Part shown: piece after piece, positions 1-12,850 of the stretch
Position numbering within the stretch: position 1 is the stretch's first letter
How the letters are laid out: every line of letters starts with the position of its first letter
Source: Octopus sinensis
Taxonomy: Eukaryota
Assembly: GCF_006345805.1 (NCBI RefSeq)
Contig: NC_042998.1
Coordinates: 1,612,001-1,676,000 of the forward strand
Length of the DNA stretch: 64,000 nt
Direction of reading: 5' to 3'
Made by a program: the position numbers and the translations under genes
Notes under the pieces: generated by a model
The model's database searches: none
Told to the model about the DNA's origin: nothing
What the model saw: the letters and a program-made list of their open reading frames with translations, nothing else

Positions 1-940
1 ATAATAAGTCTGGATCTTACCAAACTTACAAAATTACAATACTGAAGAAATACATTAGATTAACAAACAAAGTTGTGTATGTAAACGTATTTAATCTTGC
101 ATTAAACTCAGTTCTATTGGATTTAACATGGATCATTGTGACAATCGAAATCGTTGCTTCCATTCCATTACACAAAATGCATGAATGTTGCCTCATCCCT
201 TGTCTCTTCTTTTAATTTGACGTTGAACTTTATGCTCGTCTTCAGATCAATTATTTTTTCTGAGTTGTGTAAAAGCGGGCGAGCGCTTTTAAGCTCGAGA
301 CATTGAATTATGGGCAACGAATCCTTACAAACATCTTCAGAGATTTTAGGCAAATAATACACATCTTAAATCAGTTGGAAAGCTCCTCAGCAGTTCCTCT
401 TTTACTAAATTTTAGAGACAATTTTGAACTTTAAATCAACTGTTTCCGCTATAAATTTTTCAACCATAAGGATATCCAACAAGGATATTACAATCTTGTA
501 CCGCTTACAGACACAATAAGACAGAAGTCATTTATTTTAAGGTGGAAAGTCACGCTCCTTTGATTCTTATAAATAATTCTCAACTTAAAGAATCCATTTC
601 ACTGCACAGACATCGATTAATACTTTCTAGAGATTTTTTCTAAAAATACATCAAAACCATATTTACTGCGACGAGTTAACTTGTCTAACTTATAGATAAT
701 TTTCAACTTTCATTAAGCTACCTGGATGCACGTTTAATGACTCATTCAAACGCTGAACTTATAGAAAACATTAAAGAAAATGTTTCTTGTTTCTTCAACT
801 CAAACCCTTTCTCAAGCTGACCTTTTACTGTTTGGCGTCCATGTTCCCAACCGTATCAATTTCATACATAATCACACAACTAATGATAGTTAGAGAAGGT
901 GAGCCGACATTAGTATATTACTATTAATATGGCAGTAATA

Positions 941-1115
941 TTAGTTTCAAATTTTGGCACAAGGCCAGTAATTTTGGGGAATCGGGTAAGTCGATTACAT
1001 TGACTCCAGTGTTCAACTGGTACTTATTTTATTGACCCCGAAAGGATGAAGGGCAACATCGACCTCGGCGGAATTTGAACTCAGAACTTAAAGACGGACG
1101 AAATACCGCTAAACA
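941..1115 (-). mobile_element. tRNA-derived SINE, family B (partial)
   Basis: Matches the recurring consensus gaccccgaaaggatgaaaggcaaagtcgacctcggcggaatttgaactcagaac seen more than 15 times in the window; B-box-like gagttcaaattcc on the element strand. Confidence 0.85.
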
Positions 1116-1118
1116 TCC

Positions 1119-1149
<31 letters not shown>

Positions 1150-1264
1150 CAACAGTTGTGGAATCATCTCGTTCCCTCCCCTCTCTAACTGTAATATCAT
1201 TCAGAGTCAAAGGATATCGAAAATGAATAAAATAACATTATATATATATATGTGTGTGTGTGTG

Positions 1265-1322
<58 letters not shown>

Positions 1323-1684
1323 ATCTTAACTATGTATTACAAACACTTGCTTTACCTCTCACAAAGAAAGCAGTTGACCATTTGGTGACCAGACAAGTGA
1401 ATATTTCTTTAACGATTTGGTAACTATTCACGACAACTAGATGTACTTTATGTATCTTCCTTTAATGGACAATTAAAATTTCCATCCCCTAAACACAACA
1501 AACCATCTACGACAGATTTGAACTCACAATATATCATTAGGTAATCGAATGTCATAATAGTCATTAGCATGAGGTCTAATGACTTTTTAAATTTAACCTA
1601 ATGCATATTTGGTTGAGATGGTAGCGCGGTAAGGGTTAAATTCTTGGCGAATCGAGTCAGCCATTTGGTTCAGTTTTTCAGTGT

Positions 1685-2008
1685 CCTCGCTCTCCGTTGG
1701 TTACCATGACGAGTGTTCCAGTTGATTCCGTCAACTGAACAGTCTGCACGTGAGACTAACGTGCGAGTGGCTGAGCACTCCAGAGAAACATTTACTCTCA
1801 GCGCAGTTCTCGGGGAAATTCGGCGTAACACAAAATGTCACAAGGCTGACATTTTGAATTACAGATGCAACTAATTTTTGCTTACTGAGTGGTCTGGAGT
1901 AACAAGAAATAAAGTATCTTGCTCAAAGACACAACGCACCACCTGTAATCGAAATCACGACCTTACGATCGGGATATGAATACCCTAGCCACTAAGCCAC
2001 GCACCTTT
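1685..2008 (-). mobile_element. tRNA-derived CORE-type SINE, family D
   Basis: Reverse complement of the 37080-37400 copy: head gtgcgtggcttagtggctaggg, CORE-like tgtgtctttgagcaagatactt, shared 3' body. Confidence 0.8.
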
Positions 2009-2544
2009 ACGAGTTTTCAGTAGAAACCACTTCATTTCATAATCTTCATCATTAATGTCATCCACAAAGGTATACAGATGCTACAAAAACCCCATTTTAC
2101 ATCATTTATGAATTGAATGCGGTGTATCTAATGAAAACTAATCAATAAATGTTTGGCAATAATGTTTTAGCAGCCTCATGAAAATCCAATTAACCTGTCG
2201 GTTGCAGCGATTCGGAGTCATGATTGTGATACCAAGATGATTCATTATTTTGCATGAAACCATTAAGGTTGTTGTTAATCGAGTTTGATAAAGAAAAAGA
2301 AGAGTGCATTTGTCAATGTACCAAATAAACAGACATCATATGACTACCTCCACTAAAGTGAAATTGGTGTCAGATTGCTTTTCTTGTTTTTTTTGTTTGT
2401 TTGTTTTGTATTGATATTTTTGTATATATTATCGCAGCTGCAAACCAAAAATATGATTATCAAGTCACCGTGACTGTTGATTTGGTATTTGTTGGCTTAG
2501 TAGTAGAGCATCGAACTAATACGTTGCAATATTTAGGGCAGGAC

Positions 2545-2845
2545 TAAGGCAGTGAGGTGGCAGAATCGTTAGCACGCCGGACAAAATGCTTAGCAGCATT
2601 TCGTCCGTGTTTATGTTCTGAGTTCAAATTCCTCCAAGGTAGACTTTACGTTTCATCCTTTCGGGGTCGATAAAATAAGTACCGGTTGAGTAATGGGGTC
2701 GATGTAATCGACTTAACTCCTCCACCAAAAATAAGGGCAAGTAAGGAGCCGATAAAACAAGTAGCAATTGATCACTGGGGTCGATGTAATCGAGTTATGC
2801 TCACCCCACAAAATTGCTGGCCTGTGCCAAAATTTGAAACCAGTA
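2545..2845 (+). mobile_element. tRNA-derived SINE, family B
   Basis: aaggcagtgaggtggcagaatcgttagcacg head, gagttcaaattcc B-box, tail ggcctgtgccaaaatttgaaac. Confidence 0.85.
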
Positions 2846-2884
2846 TGATATAGCGTACATATGTCATTTGGTTATATTTCTGAA

Positions 2885-3240
2885 CGAGCAAAACGTCAAA
2901 CATTTAAACCAAATTTTCTCAAAACAACTTGTCCGATCGTCCCATAGACCTCCCCTTTGAGAAACACTGATTTAACCCAAATTTGAGACACCAGCAAAAG
3001 AAGAAATAAAGATAGACTTTTTTTCTATTCCAAAGAAAAACGATTTTATTCACACAACAGCTGATGTACTTGCGCGTACAAATGCACGTTCTCACGGCTT
3101 TATCGATCGCATTCTCACCTGGAATCGATTTTCGTAATTTTTTCAAGACTTATACACGCCCTGATACCCTCGGTATCTACATATCAAGTATGAGCGTAAT
3201 CGGATGGAGGATGCCCGAGATCCTAGAAGACACACACACA

Positions 3241-3280
<40 letters not shown>

Positions 3281-3298
3281 CGGATTTTATATAATAGA
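2885..3298 (-). mobile_element. Non-autonomous Helitron, 3'-truncated
   Basis: On the minus strand starts A|TCTATTATATAAAATCCG with a (GT)n subterminal tract; same family as 37760-38270. Confidence 0.7.
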
Positions 3299-3555
3299 TG
3301 TCACAAGATTTCTTTGAAATATCGCAACTGAAATTCGATTAAATAAATGGAAGATATTTAAGTAAGGAACAGGTACAGTGTAATACACACACAAACGAAA
3401 AGCATTTACATATGAGAAATATTGATAAATAAGTAAACAAAAAAAACTATATGAAGAGCCCGAGTACAAACGATACAGTAAGCGAGTCCATATACACACA
3501 CAAACACAGATAGAGTAACTTCACAAATGGCTGTAGTAACAACAACAACAACAGT

Positions 3556-3850
3556 GGAGGCGCAATGGCCGAGTGGTTAGGAAGAAAGAGAAAGAGAGAG
3601 AGTGAGAGTGGGAGAAGTGAAAGAAATGGAGGAACGAGGGTTTGAAGAAACGAAGGAGTGCAAGAAGGACAGACTACGAGAAGCGATACTTAAAGATAGA
3701 GCGATTCTTCTTTGGCAGTTTCGATTCCCAGACCGGGCATTATGAGTGTTTATTGAACAAAAACACATAAGCTCCACGAGGCTCCGGCCGGGGCGGAGGG
3801 GTGAACCCCGCAGTACTCTTTCACCACAACTTTCTCTCACTCTTTCTTCC
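3556..3850 (+). mobile_element. tRNA-derived SINE, family C, head interrupted by a 138-bp insertion
   Basis: A-box ggcgcaatggccgagtggttag and B-box tttcgattccc are separated by 3581-3718; intact head at 60502. Confidence 0.85.
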
Positions 3851-5078
3851 TACTTCTGCTACAAAGCAGAGGAACCATGGTGTAACTCACTTTGGTGTGG
3901 TAAACTTTCAGACCCTAGTCTAGATTGCGAATACTCTGTACCCCAGAATAGTTCAGCTCTCCACCCGTTAAAAGCCACCGTTTACGGAATGAGGATAACA
4001 ACGTAGCTTTGCGCCCGTGCAACCGCCCGTCTATCGCGTGTGGTGGGTGGATCTTCAAGTTGTCACATGCATTCTTAGTAGCTTAGTGTAGGCTCGAATT
4101 AAAGATTATTCCTTGTGGCTAATGGCGTGAGTCCTGATTGGAAGAAGAAGAAGAGAAGAAGAAGAAGAAGAAGAAGAAGAAGAAGAAGAAGAAGACAACA
4201 TGAACTAACACACAAACACAGAAAGAGACAAGAACAATGTCAAAAGTAGGGGTCTTGAACAGCAGCAGCAGCAGCAACGGCAGAGAAAACGTAGGGGAGG
4301 GGAGGGTCAAAATGCCCCTAAGAAGAACAACAGTAACGATAACAACAATATAAAGGGCATACGCCATTGTATACACACATAAGCATACATGCGAAACACA
4401 TAGACAAGTGTACGATCACGCACGTATGCACGCATGCACACACACACACACTCACACACACACACACAGACGTAAACGCATACGCATATAAGGATACACT
4501 TCATACAAGAACAGACTGGACTAAGCGGAGCAAGAACATACACGAGGACGGAATGTGTCGCTGAAGAGGTCTCAGATATGTGAAGAAAGAGTTCCGGACA
4601 ATGGACAGCAGTTAAAATAAGAACAGTAATTTACAAGTGAAGAACGAATATACAGTGCGTGTGTTTATTTGGCAAAAAGAAAATGACCGTCCCGAAATAG
4701 AACAATATTTAAGAAATATTTATGTAGAATTTGAAACTAATTACCTTTATCGAACGTGTAGGTTAAATTGATCTTTCACAGTTTGGATGATTTTAGTTGC
4801 GAAAATCTTTTTCGAAAAGTCAGTCTTATTCCATAGAAATCGAAGTCCAAACTGCGGAGTCTTTGTGACGTTTTATGTGTTATGACGTTTCATAATACGC
4901 GTTCACATTAATATATTGAGTTCTTAACATAGACACGAAGTCTCAAATTTCGAGAAAGAGAACAATCGACTATACTTGACAGGTAAACTTGACGTTGACG
5001 GGTTTTGGAAACAGAAGCTAAAGGGCCGTAACTATATACTTTAGTTCTGACTCCTACACTCGTCAAGGTCTGGTAGAG

Positions 5079-5383
5079 CAGTTCTTCTCAAACTACCTGA
5101 TGTGGCGTACCGGCAGTTTTTTTTGTTTTGTTTCTATCCAATGTACTCGGGACCGGTAATATTTCTTAGAAATATTAATTTATACTGGAAACAATATATA
5201 ATATAATGAATATAATAAAAGTTGACAATTTTTTTTAACTTATATTTATTTTGTAAGCGAATAATACAATATTACATAAGCATTTTATAATGTTTCTTTC
5301 TTTTCTGGAAACTCATCACATACCAGCAGCTGATGGTTCGCGGACCGGCACCGGTCCGCTGACCACCACTTTGAGTAGCACTA
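5079..5383. mobile_element. hAT-type MITE (305 bp) inserted in a decayed family-B SINE
   Basis: Perfect 8-bp TSD tggtagag at 5071-5078 and 5384-5391; imperfect TIRs cagttcttctcaaac / tttgagtagcacta. Confidence 0.85.
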
Positions 5384-6194
5384 TGGTAGAGCATCGAACG
5401 AATAGCATTTTGTCCGATGTTCTACCGATTCTGCCCAACAACAGTTTTTAATATATTGACGGGTAGTTGTACATCAACATACCACTGGAATTATGGGAGG
5501 TTTTCGTCATTTGTTATTGACTGAACATCATCGACAATGTTTTGAAGCTTTCAAGAAATGTCGCTTCTTCAGCAGACATCAAGAAGCATAGATGCAACCC
5601 GGAATGGTTCAAGTATTTAGTTTACAGTCAAGTTACAGTTGATGACGTTTTCTGGTTACCAATAAGACCAATTTTGTAAACTGTACGAATATAGTCGATC
5701 ATAATCAATATCCTACTTGGGTTTGAGTGTCATTGGGATGGAAAGAAAAACGTCATAATTTAGTAGATTCGAATTAAATTGTGCAAAGGCATTAATTTGG
5801 CTGCTGTCTCTAACTCCTCTATCATTTATAATGCTTCTTTGATTATCAGACATAGGACCAGTTTTGTTGGAGTGGCGGGATATCACAACTAGTACGTGCT
5901 TTTTCAAGTTTGATAGGTCAAAATTCAATGATGACGAAACTAGATGCTGTAACACATTTAGACCGAGGTTCAACGGTCCCTTTTGTTTTTATGTCGACAC
6001 AAAACCATGAAAGAATATGAAAGTCATGCCTCAACTAAGAATAATAGTCGAGTAACCAAAGTGGATTCTCTTGAGCCAAGAAATTATATAATTCATTGAT
6101 ATGGTTCATTGGGTACATGCGTGTTAGTGTATGGATTTTTGATTCATTGATCGATTGCCAATGCAATAATTACGAATATTATTTAAACATTATA

Positions 6195-6358
6195 GGCACA
6201 GGCAAAGCTGTGTGGCTAAGAAGTTCACTTCGCAACCACTTAGTGCTTCGGGTTCGGTCCCACTGCGTAGCACTTTGAGCAAGTGTCTTCTACTATAGCC
6301 TCAAGCTGGCTAGTATCTTGTGAGTGAATTTGGTAGGCGGAAACTGTGTGGAAGTGCT
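6195..6358 (+). mobile_element. CORE-type SINE, family A (5' part, diverged)
   Basis: ggcacaggcaaagctgtgtggctaagaag head and ctttgagcaagtgtcttctactatagcc core. Confidence 0.75.
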
Positions 6359-6504
6359 TAATAATTCTCTTGAAGGTCATATTTATTATAATACGCTTAC
6401 TTACCTTCTTCGCACCCAACGATTCTTCGCAGTTCTCGGTTATCGATTAGCTTTTCTATTTCTCTGGAGCAGGATCCTGTTTGTTTTGTTTTGCTTTTTT
6501 GTTA

Positions 6505-7025
<521 letters not shown>

Positions 7026-7082
7026 CGGAGATGTACTTGCATAGTAAGTGATCTGATCTGAGATCGTGTGCTGGAACGAAAG

Positions 7083-7361
7083 CAATTGCAGCGTGGAAGG
7101 TGTTTATAAGCCATTTAAGAAACACAAAAAACCGTTCGATTCACTTCAACATTTAAATTTAGTTTGCCAAAATATTTTCGTCGCTCTGAGACCGCGACTT
7201 GTTCACGGACAAAATTTAGTACGGAATTTTGTCAGTGAACAGGTCACGGTCTCGGAACGACGAAAATATTTTGGCAAATTAAATTTAAATCTTGAAGTGA
7301 ATCTAGCGGGGTTTTTTTGTGTTTCTTAAATGGCTTATAAACACCTTCCACGGTGCAATTG
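7083..7361. mobile_element. Fold-back MITE-like palindrome
   Basis: Arms 7083-7216 and 7225-7361 are reverse complements at about 90% identity by manual alignment, with an 8-nt spacer. Confidence 0.8.
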
Positions 7362-7367
7362 TTGTAT

Positions 7368-7402
<35 letters not shown>

Positions 7403-7679
7403 CATGAAGTTATTGTCGTTGCGATTAGCATTAACGCTCATTGATTCCAGTTTTATACACACTATGAAGAGGTATCCAACAGCAACGTTCTTGGCAGCGT
7501 AACGTTGACGGTGAAAGATAAACTGCTGATAACATTTTCTTGCCAAATCGGACCCTTTTACACTCTGCTTTCATGTCACAAAGTATATCTTCAGAAATGG
7601 GTCTCAGCTGCCAAAGAAGAATCGCTCTATCTTTAACTATCGCTTCTCGTAGTCTGTCCTTCTTGCACTCCTTCGTTTC

Positions 7680-8200
7680 TTTCAAACCCTCGTTCCTCCA
7701 TTTCTTTCACTTTTCCCACTCTCACTCTCACTCTCTCTCTTCTTCTCTCCCTTCCTCTCTCTCTCTCATCCTTTCTCTCACTCTTTCCCTTCCTCTCTCT
7801 CTCTCTTCCTCTCTCCCTTCCTCTCTCTCTCTCCCTTACTCTCTTTCTCCCTTCTTCTCTCTCACTTCCTCTCTCCCTTCTTCCTTCTCTCTTCTCACCT
7901 CTTTCTTCCTCTCTCTCCCCCTCTCTCTCTTCTCTAACACACACACACACACCTATCCGTCCTTCCTTTTTCCTTTCTTTCTTTTCTTCTTTTCTTCCTT
8001 CTTTCTTTCATTCCTTCTTTCTTTCTTTCTTTTCTTCTTTTCTTCCTTCTTTCTTTCATTCCTTCTTTCTTTCTTTCTTTTCTTCTTTTCTTCCTTCTTT
8101 CTTTCATTCCTTCTTTCCTTTTTCCTTTACTCCCTTCTTTACTTCTTTCTCTTTTCTTTTATTTATTTTCTTTTCATCTTTCTTTCAGTCTTTCTTTCTC
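7680..8200 (+). repeat. About 500-nt polypyrimidine tract with (CT)n and an approximately 40-bp tandem unit
   Basis: (CT)-rich 7715-7930; unit tttcttttcttcttttcttccttctttctttcattccttc repeated about 3 times at 7975-8115. Confidence 0.9.
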
Positions 8201-8327
8201 TTCTGCCATTTTATCATTTTTGCAATCTACTTTCTTTACTTCCTAATATTTACCTGGTCTCCTTCTACCAGGGGACATAACTCACAAGACCTCAAAACTA
8301 AGTTAATGTTCTTGCACTAATAATATA

Positions 8328-8504
8328 CAATAATCCCCCGACTATCGCGGGTGTTACACTCCAAAATCTCCCGCGGTAGGTGAAAAAATTTAAACACTTA
8401 TAGGCCGCAGGAACCCGCGATATAAATTTACATCTATTAGCCAGAAAAATCCGCGATATACTGAGTGCACGATAGGTGAAAGGTGATATGGCAAGGGATT
8501 ACTG
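8328..8504. mobile_element. pogo/Tigger-like MITE
   Basis: TA|caataatccc ... gggattactg|TA; TIR 9/10 match with TA target duplication. Confidence 0.75.
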
Positions 8505-8822
8505 TATACCCTATAAATAAGAAGAAATATTAATTCTATGTTTATTTTCCGAAAGGCTCTGTGCTTAAGATCCAATTCCTATGCAACCATTTTTTTGTTT
8601 GGAATGACCACTCAGACTCACAGGAATATCTGACGATCGCAGTCTTCTCGGGCTTACGCGAAACTTTGATTATGTAACCTGTTTTGATCGTTAAAATAAA
8701 CCTGTGTTTGTGTGATGCGCATATGTGAATGTAGTCCATTATGTAGCGTTCATATTTGCAGTTGAACAGTTAGTAGCTTATGCGGTTATATTCGGAGTTT
8801 TATGTGTACGAGTGCATGTATT

Positions 8823-9303
<481 letters not shown>

Positions 9304-9904
9304 AGATGTCTGAATTAAGTAAGGCTTAAGTTGCTCTCGGTCTGAAAGATGAATCTTTTTTAGTCATTCGTGGGCTTAATTTCCAACGTAGAACCCAGGT
9401 GATGGAAATTCGCTGCAATTCGTATCAGAGTGTCGTGCATTACCAGGATATCAGAAACGTAAACCCGTCGAGATAAATTTTCGCTTATGTTGGAGTGAAC
9501 TCATTGATTTTCCCAGCTGAAAAATAACCGTGATAGAGATGTTTTCCCTCGATCCGAATAACGCTTTACATTCTAATAATGCACCTGCGGCGACTCACGT
9601 CAACAGTCTATGATAATTTGGATCACGTTACCTATCTTCCCTCAAAAACCAGTTAGAATCCAACTTTCAGATGAAGCTAACAGTTCACTAATTTCAGAAA
9701 CCTGATTGATTAGTCACGCGCTCCCGACCTTACGAAACATTGACTGATGAACGGGTAAGTCCCAAACAACTCATCTACATATATCATATATACATGCATA
9801 CAAATTAGATAGGCATCATACATGCAGACAGTTATGTATATATTTTGTTGTTGTTGTTGTTATTGTTTGTTGTTGTTTGTTGGTTTTTTTTGTTGTTGTT
9901 GTTG

Positions 9905-10340
9905 TTGTTGTTGAGTGAGTGAGAGAGCAGTGCATGCCATCAAATTAACACTGGAGTAAAATAACTGAAGCCCAGTATAGCCATCATGGCTACCCGTCCG
10001 ATAAGGCACATGCATCACAACCATATGTGCACAACATGGTGATCTTATATCAAGATAAACAGCGCATGACCTTGCAGGTGAGACCCAGTTAGAATTTTCG
10101 CTAGGTCGAGTAGCCCATCCCACTTGAAAGGACCCTGAATTAGTGTTGTTTAAGGATGTTGAACAAAACACCCATGTTTCCAAAGGGGAAATATCCAAAC
10201 CCCAAAGAATTGCTTTCAACACATGGCTATGATGCTCCCCCACTATTTCTGCTCATGATCAGAGATGCACATATCGTCAGCCACTAAGGGGCATGCTCAA
10301 CTGGTTAAGTTCAAACAACTAACAAGCAAATCTGTGGTAT
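9905..10340 (-). repeat. Unclassified interspersed repeat ending in an (AAC)n tail
   Basis: Abuts a (GTT)n run on the plus strand and has no coding signal. Repetitive status is inferred; there is no second copy in this window. Confidence 0.35.
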
Positions 10341-10351
10341 TTACTGTAGCA

Positions 10352-10392
10352 CATTATCATCATCATCATCATCATAATTATTATTATTATTA

Positions 10393-10455
<63 letters not shown>
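10352..10455. repeat. (CAT)n/(TAT)n microsatellite, read as (AAT)n on the minus strand
   Basis: Directly visible. Confidence 0.95.
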
Positions 10456-10474
<19 letters not shown>

Positions 10475-10559
10475 TTCTCTTTATCACTGATGCATTGCTT
10501 CAAATGAAGAATTCTTTGATGGCAATAAGTGTAAACATATAAAACTAAGTGAATAAAAT

Positions 10560-12850
10560 AATATTGCAAAATTCCGGTTTCTTTTGGGTTAAAGCCCCAC
10601 ATATCTTGTATTTCTTATTTTCTAGTACTGTACTAAGTTCATGCTCATACCATTTATCAGTATGTTCAAATCCTAGTTTTCTACGTAACACCCAGTGGAA
10701 TATTCTCCCTATGTTACCATATCTTTTCTTGTATTCTTTCTGTGCCAGCTTGCTACGTTCACTTACTATATGAGTAACGCTTTCCTCTTTTCACTTGCAT
10801 AATGTACATTGAGAATCTACTTGGTTTTTATTTATTTTGGCTTTCATCCAATTAGTCCTTAACGCTTGGTCTTGTGCAGCTATTAAAAAACTTTCTGTCT
10901 CTCTTTGCAGCTTTCGTTTCTGCAACCATAACCGTTGCCATGTCTCACTACAACAATTTGCAGCAACTATCTTTAGGTATCTACCATGCAAAGCTTTCTC
11001 CTGCCAGTCAAATAACTTCTGTTATTTTTTCAGGTTTTTAACTTCGTTCGAGTTTTTGGTTTCCCTATATCTTGCTATGACTCTAGCGGCTTTTAATAAA
11101 CTTTCTTCACTTTTACCTACATAGGAGTCTACTCTAGCTAACTCCACGCAATCTTCTGCCGATATTAACTCTCTTCCGCCTTCCTTTCTAGCAAAGTATA
11201 ATCTTGCTACCCCTGCCTTTAGGTGGAATCCTCTATTCATATTGAATTCCTTCCTAGTTCTTCTGTCTAACTTTGCTAATTCAGTTTTTGTCCAATCTTC
11301 AAAAGTTACTGAGTATCTAAGTAATGATACTGCCCAAGTATTTACAGCCTTTACTAGATTCAGACAATTTAGATTTGATTTCATTAGCTTCCTTACCTTT
11401 CTGATGTACTCCTGCTCAATTTTTGTTTTCGTTTCTAGAATTGGTACTCAGTCAGATTCTAATAACTCTGTCAGATTCTAATACTTCTTGATACTATAAA
11501 AATTACTCCTTTCAACGCTCTTAATGTTTGGCCATCTGGTAATTGGATGCCTTCGCTGTTGACTACATGTCCCCTTCTCATGACTAATATTACTCACTTA
11601 TCTATGCCAAATCCCATGCTTATATCTTTGCTGAAGAGTCTTATAGTCTGCATTAAAGAATATATCTCTTTTTCATTCTTACAAAAAAACTCAGATCATC
11701 CATGAAGAACAAATGATTAATATTTCCCTTACTATTTCTGAACTGATACTCTGCCTTTGCCTTCCTTAATACTAAAATGAGGGGGATCAAATATAAGACA
11801 AATATTAAAGGGGACTATGAGTCCCCTGGAAAATTCCTCTTTTGATATTCACTCTGCCTGAGATTGTATCACCTGAGTATAGATCTACTTTCTTTTTCTT
11901 CATGTTAAAGCTGGTTAATTCTCTTACGCTGTCTGCTATACTGAGTATACTCAAACATTCACTTATCCATGAGAGTTGGATCATATAATAGGCTTTCTTA
12001 TAATTTATCCATGCTATTGTTAGATCTTTCTTTCTGACTTTTACTTCATTTAGAACTGCTTTGTCTGTGTATAATAGATCAAGTGTTCCTCTAGCCTTCT
12101 TCCTGAAACTTTTTCGTTCTTCTGGTAGTAACTTTTGGTTATCAAGATGCTCGTAAATTCTTTCTGAAAGCATTCCTGTCAACAGTTTCCACACTAATGG
12201 TAAGCAATTGATTGGTCTATAGTTTCTAGTTATATTACCCTTGCTCTTGTCCTTCATAATGAGTATTGTCCTCCCTCTAAGCATCCAGTCTGGTATTATT
12301 CCTCCATTAAGGCAAATCCTGAAGTTGCTCCCTCAGCCTGCCATGTAAACTACTAAATTTCTTTAGCCAGTATCCTTGAACTACATCAGGTCCTGGGCCC
12401 TTCCAATTCGGCATTTTCCCAACACTTTACTAGTTAATCTTAGATCTGGTTGCTTCTCACTCAATACTTCTTCCCTCGTTTTCTTTAACCATACTGCATC
12501 TCCATTATGATTGACTGGTTTATCCAAAATATTACTCCAGAACTTTCTAGCTTCCTCTGCATTAGGTTTCTCATATTCAGTACTTCGTTTTCCACTATTT
12601 AATTGGTTATAATATCTCCTCTGGTCTGTCTAAAATAATCTAATTTGTCGACACTGATTTATTGTTTTCTGATATCTGGAGAGGTTGCTTGCTACTGCTA
12701 TGATACGCTGTTTTAACTCTTCTATTATTGTCCCAAATCATTTCTCTTTGACTAAGTATCTGTCCTCGAGGCAAGATTTGCATCTTGTATTTCCTAGCTT
12801 GTTTGTTTTCCAGGCTTCTATTCTACTCAGTTGTGGATTATTTAAGTTTC
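10560..12850 (-). mobile_element. Decayed R4/Dong-clade non-LTR retrotransposon ORF (RT and thumb to CCHC region)
   Basis: Motifs LKQRIIAVASNLSRY, GRTILIMKDKSKG..NYRPINCLP, RGIFQG, HLFFMDDL, NTWAVSLLRYS, RLYFARKEGG, RETESFLIAAQDQALRTN, ESVTHIVS..KLAQKEY, KWYEH. Multiple frameshifts; the REL nuclease domain is missing. Confidence 0.9.

Larger units (their letters stand above)
170..5973 (-). pseudogene. Possible highly decayed multi-TIR-domain coding relic, fragmented by SINE/Helitron/MITE insertions
   Basis: Manual minus-strand translation of non-repeat patches gives TIR-box-like words: YDVFLS (5757-5740), IIPVV (5494-5480), YDVCLF (2340-2323), FDYLMIY (1549-1529), GFDVFL (658-641), ERDFPP (558-541). 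Many stops and frameshifts; short motifs only. Confidence 0.25.

Noticed and set aside
4555-4600. CTGAAGA in a pLTR-like context
   Set aside because: No helix II/GAAAC partner downstream.
7540-8280. 246-aa Ser/Leu/Phe-rich ORF
   Set aside because: Translation of a polypyrimidine tract; no domain signal.
9310-9760. Minus-strand protein-like text (LIRIAANFHHLGSTLEIK) suggestive of a death domain upstream of the TIR-like relic
   Set aside because: Lacks the diagnostic Trp, is interrupted by stops, and the plus strand looks equally protein-like; insufficient evidence.
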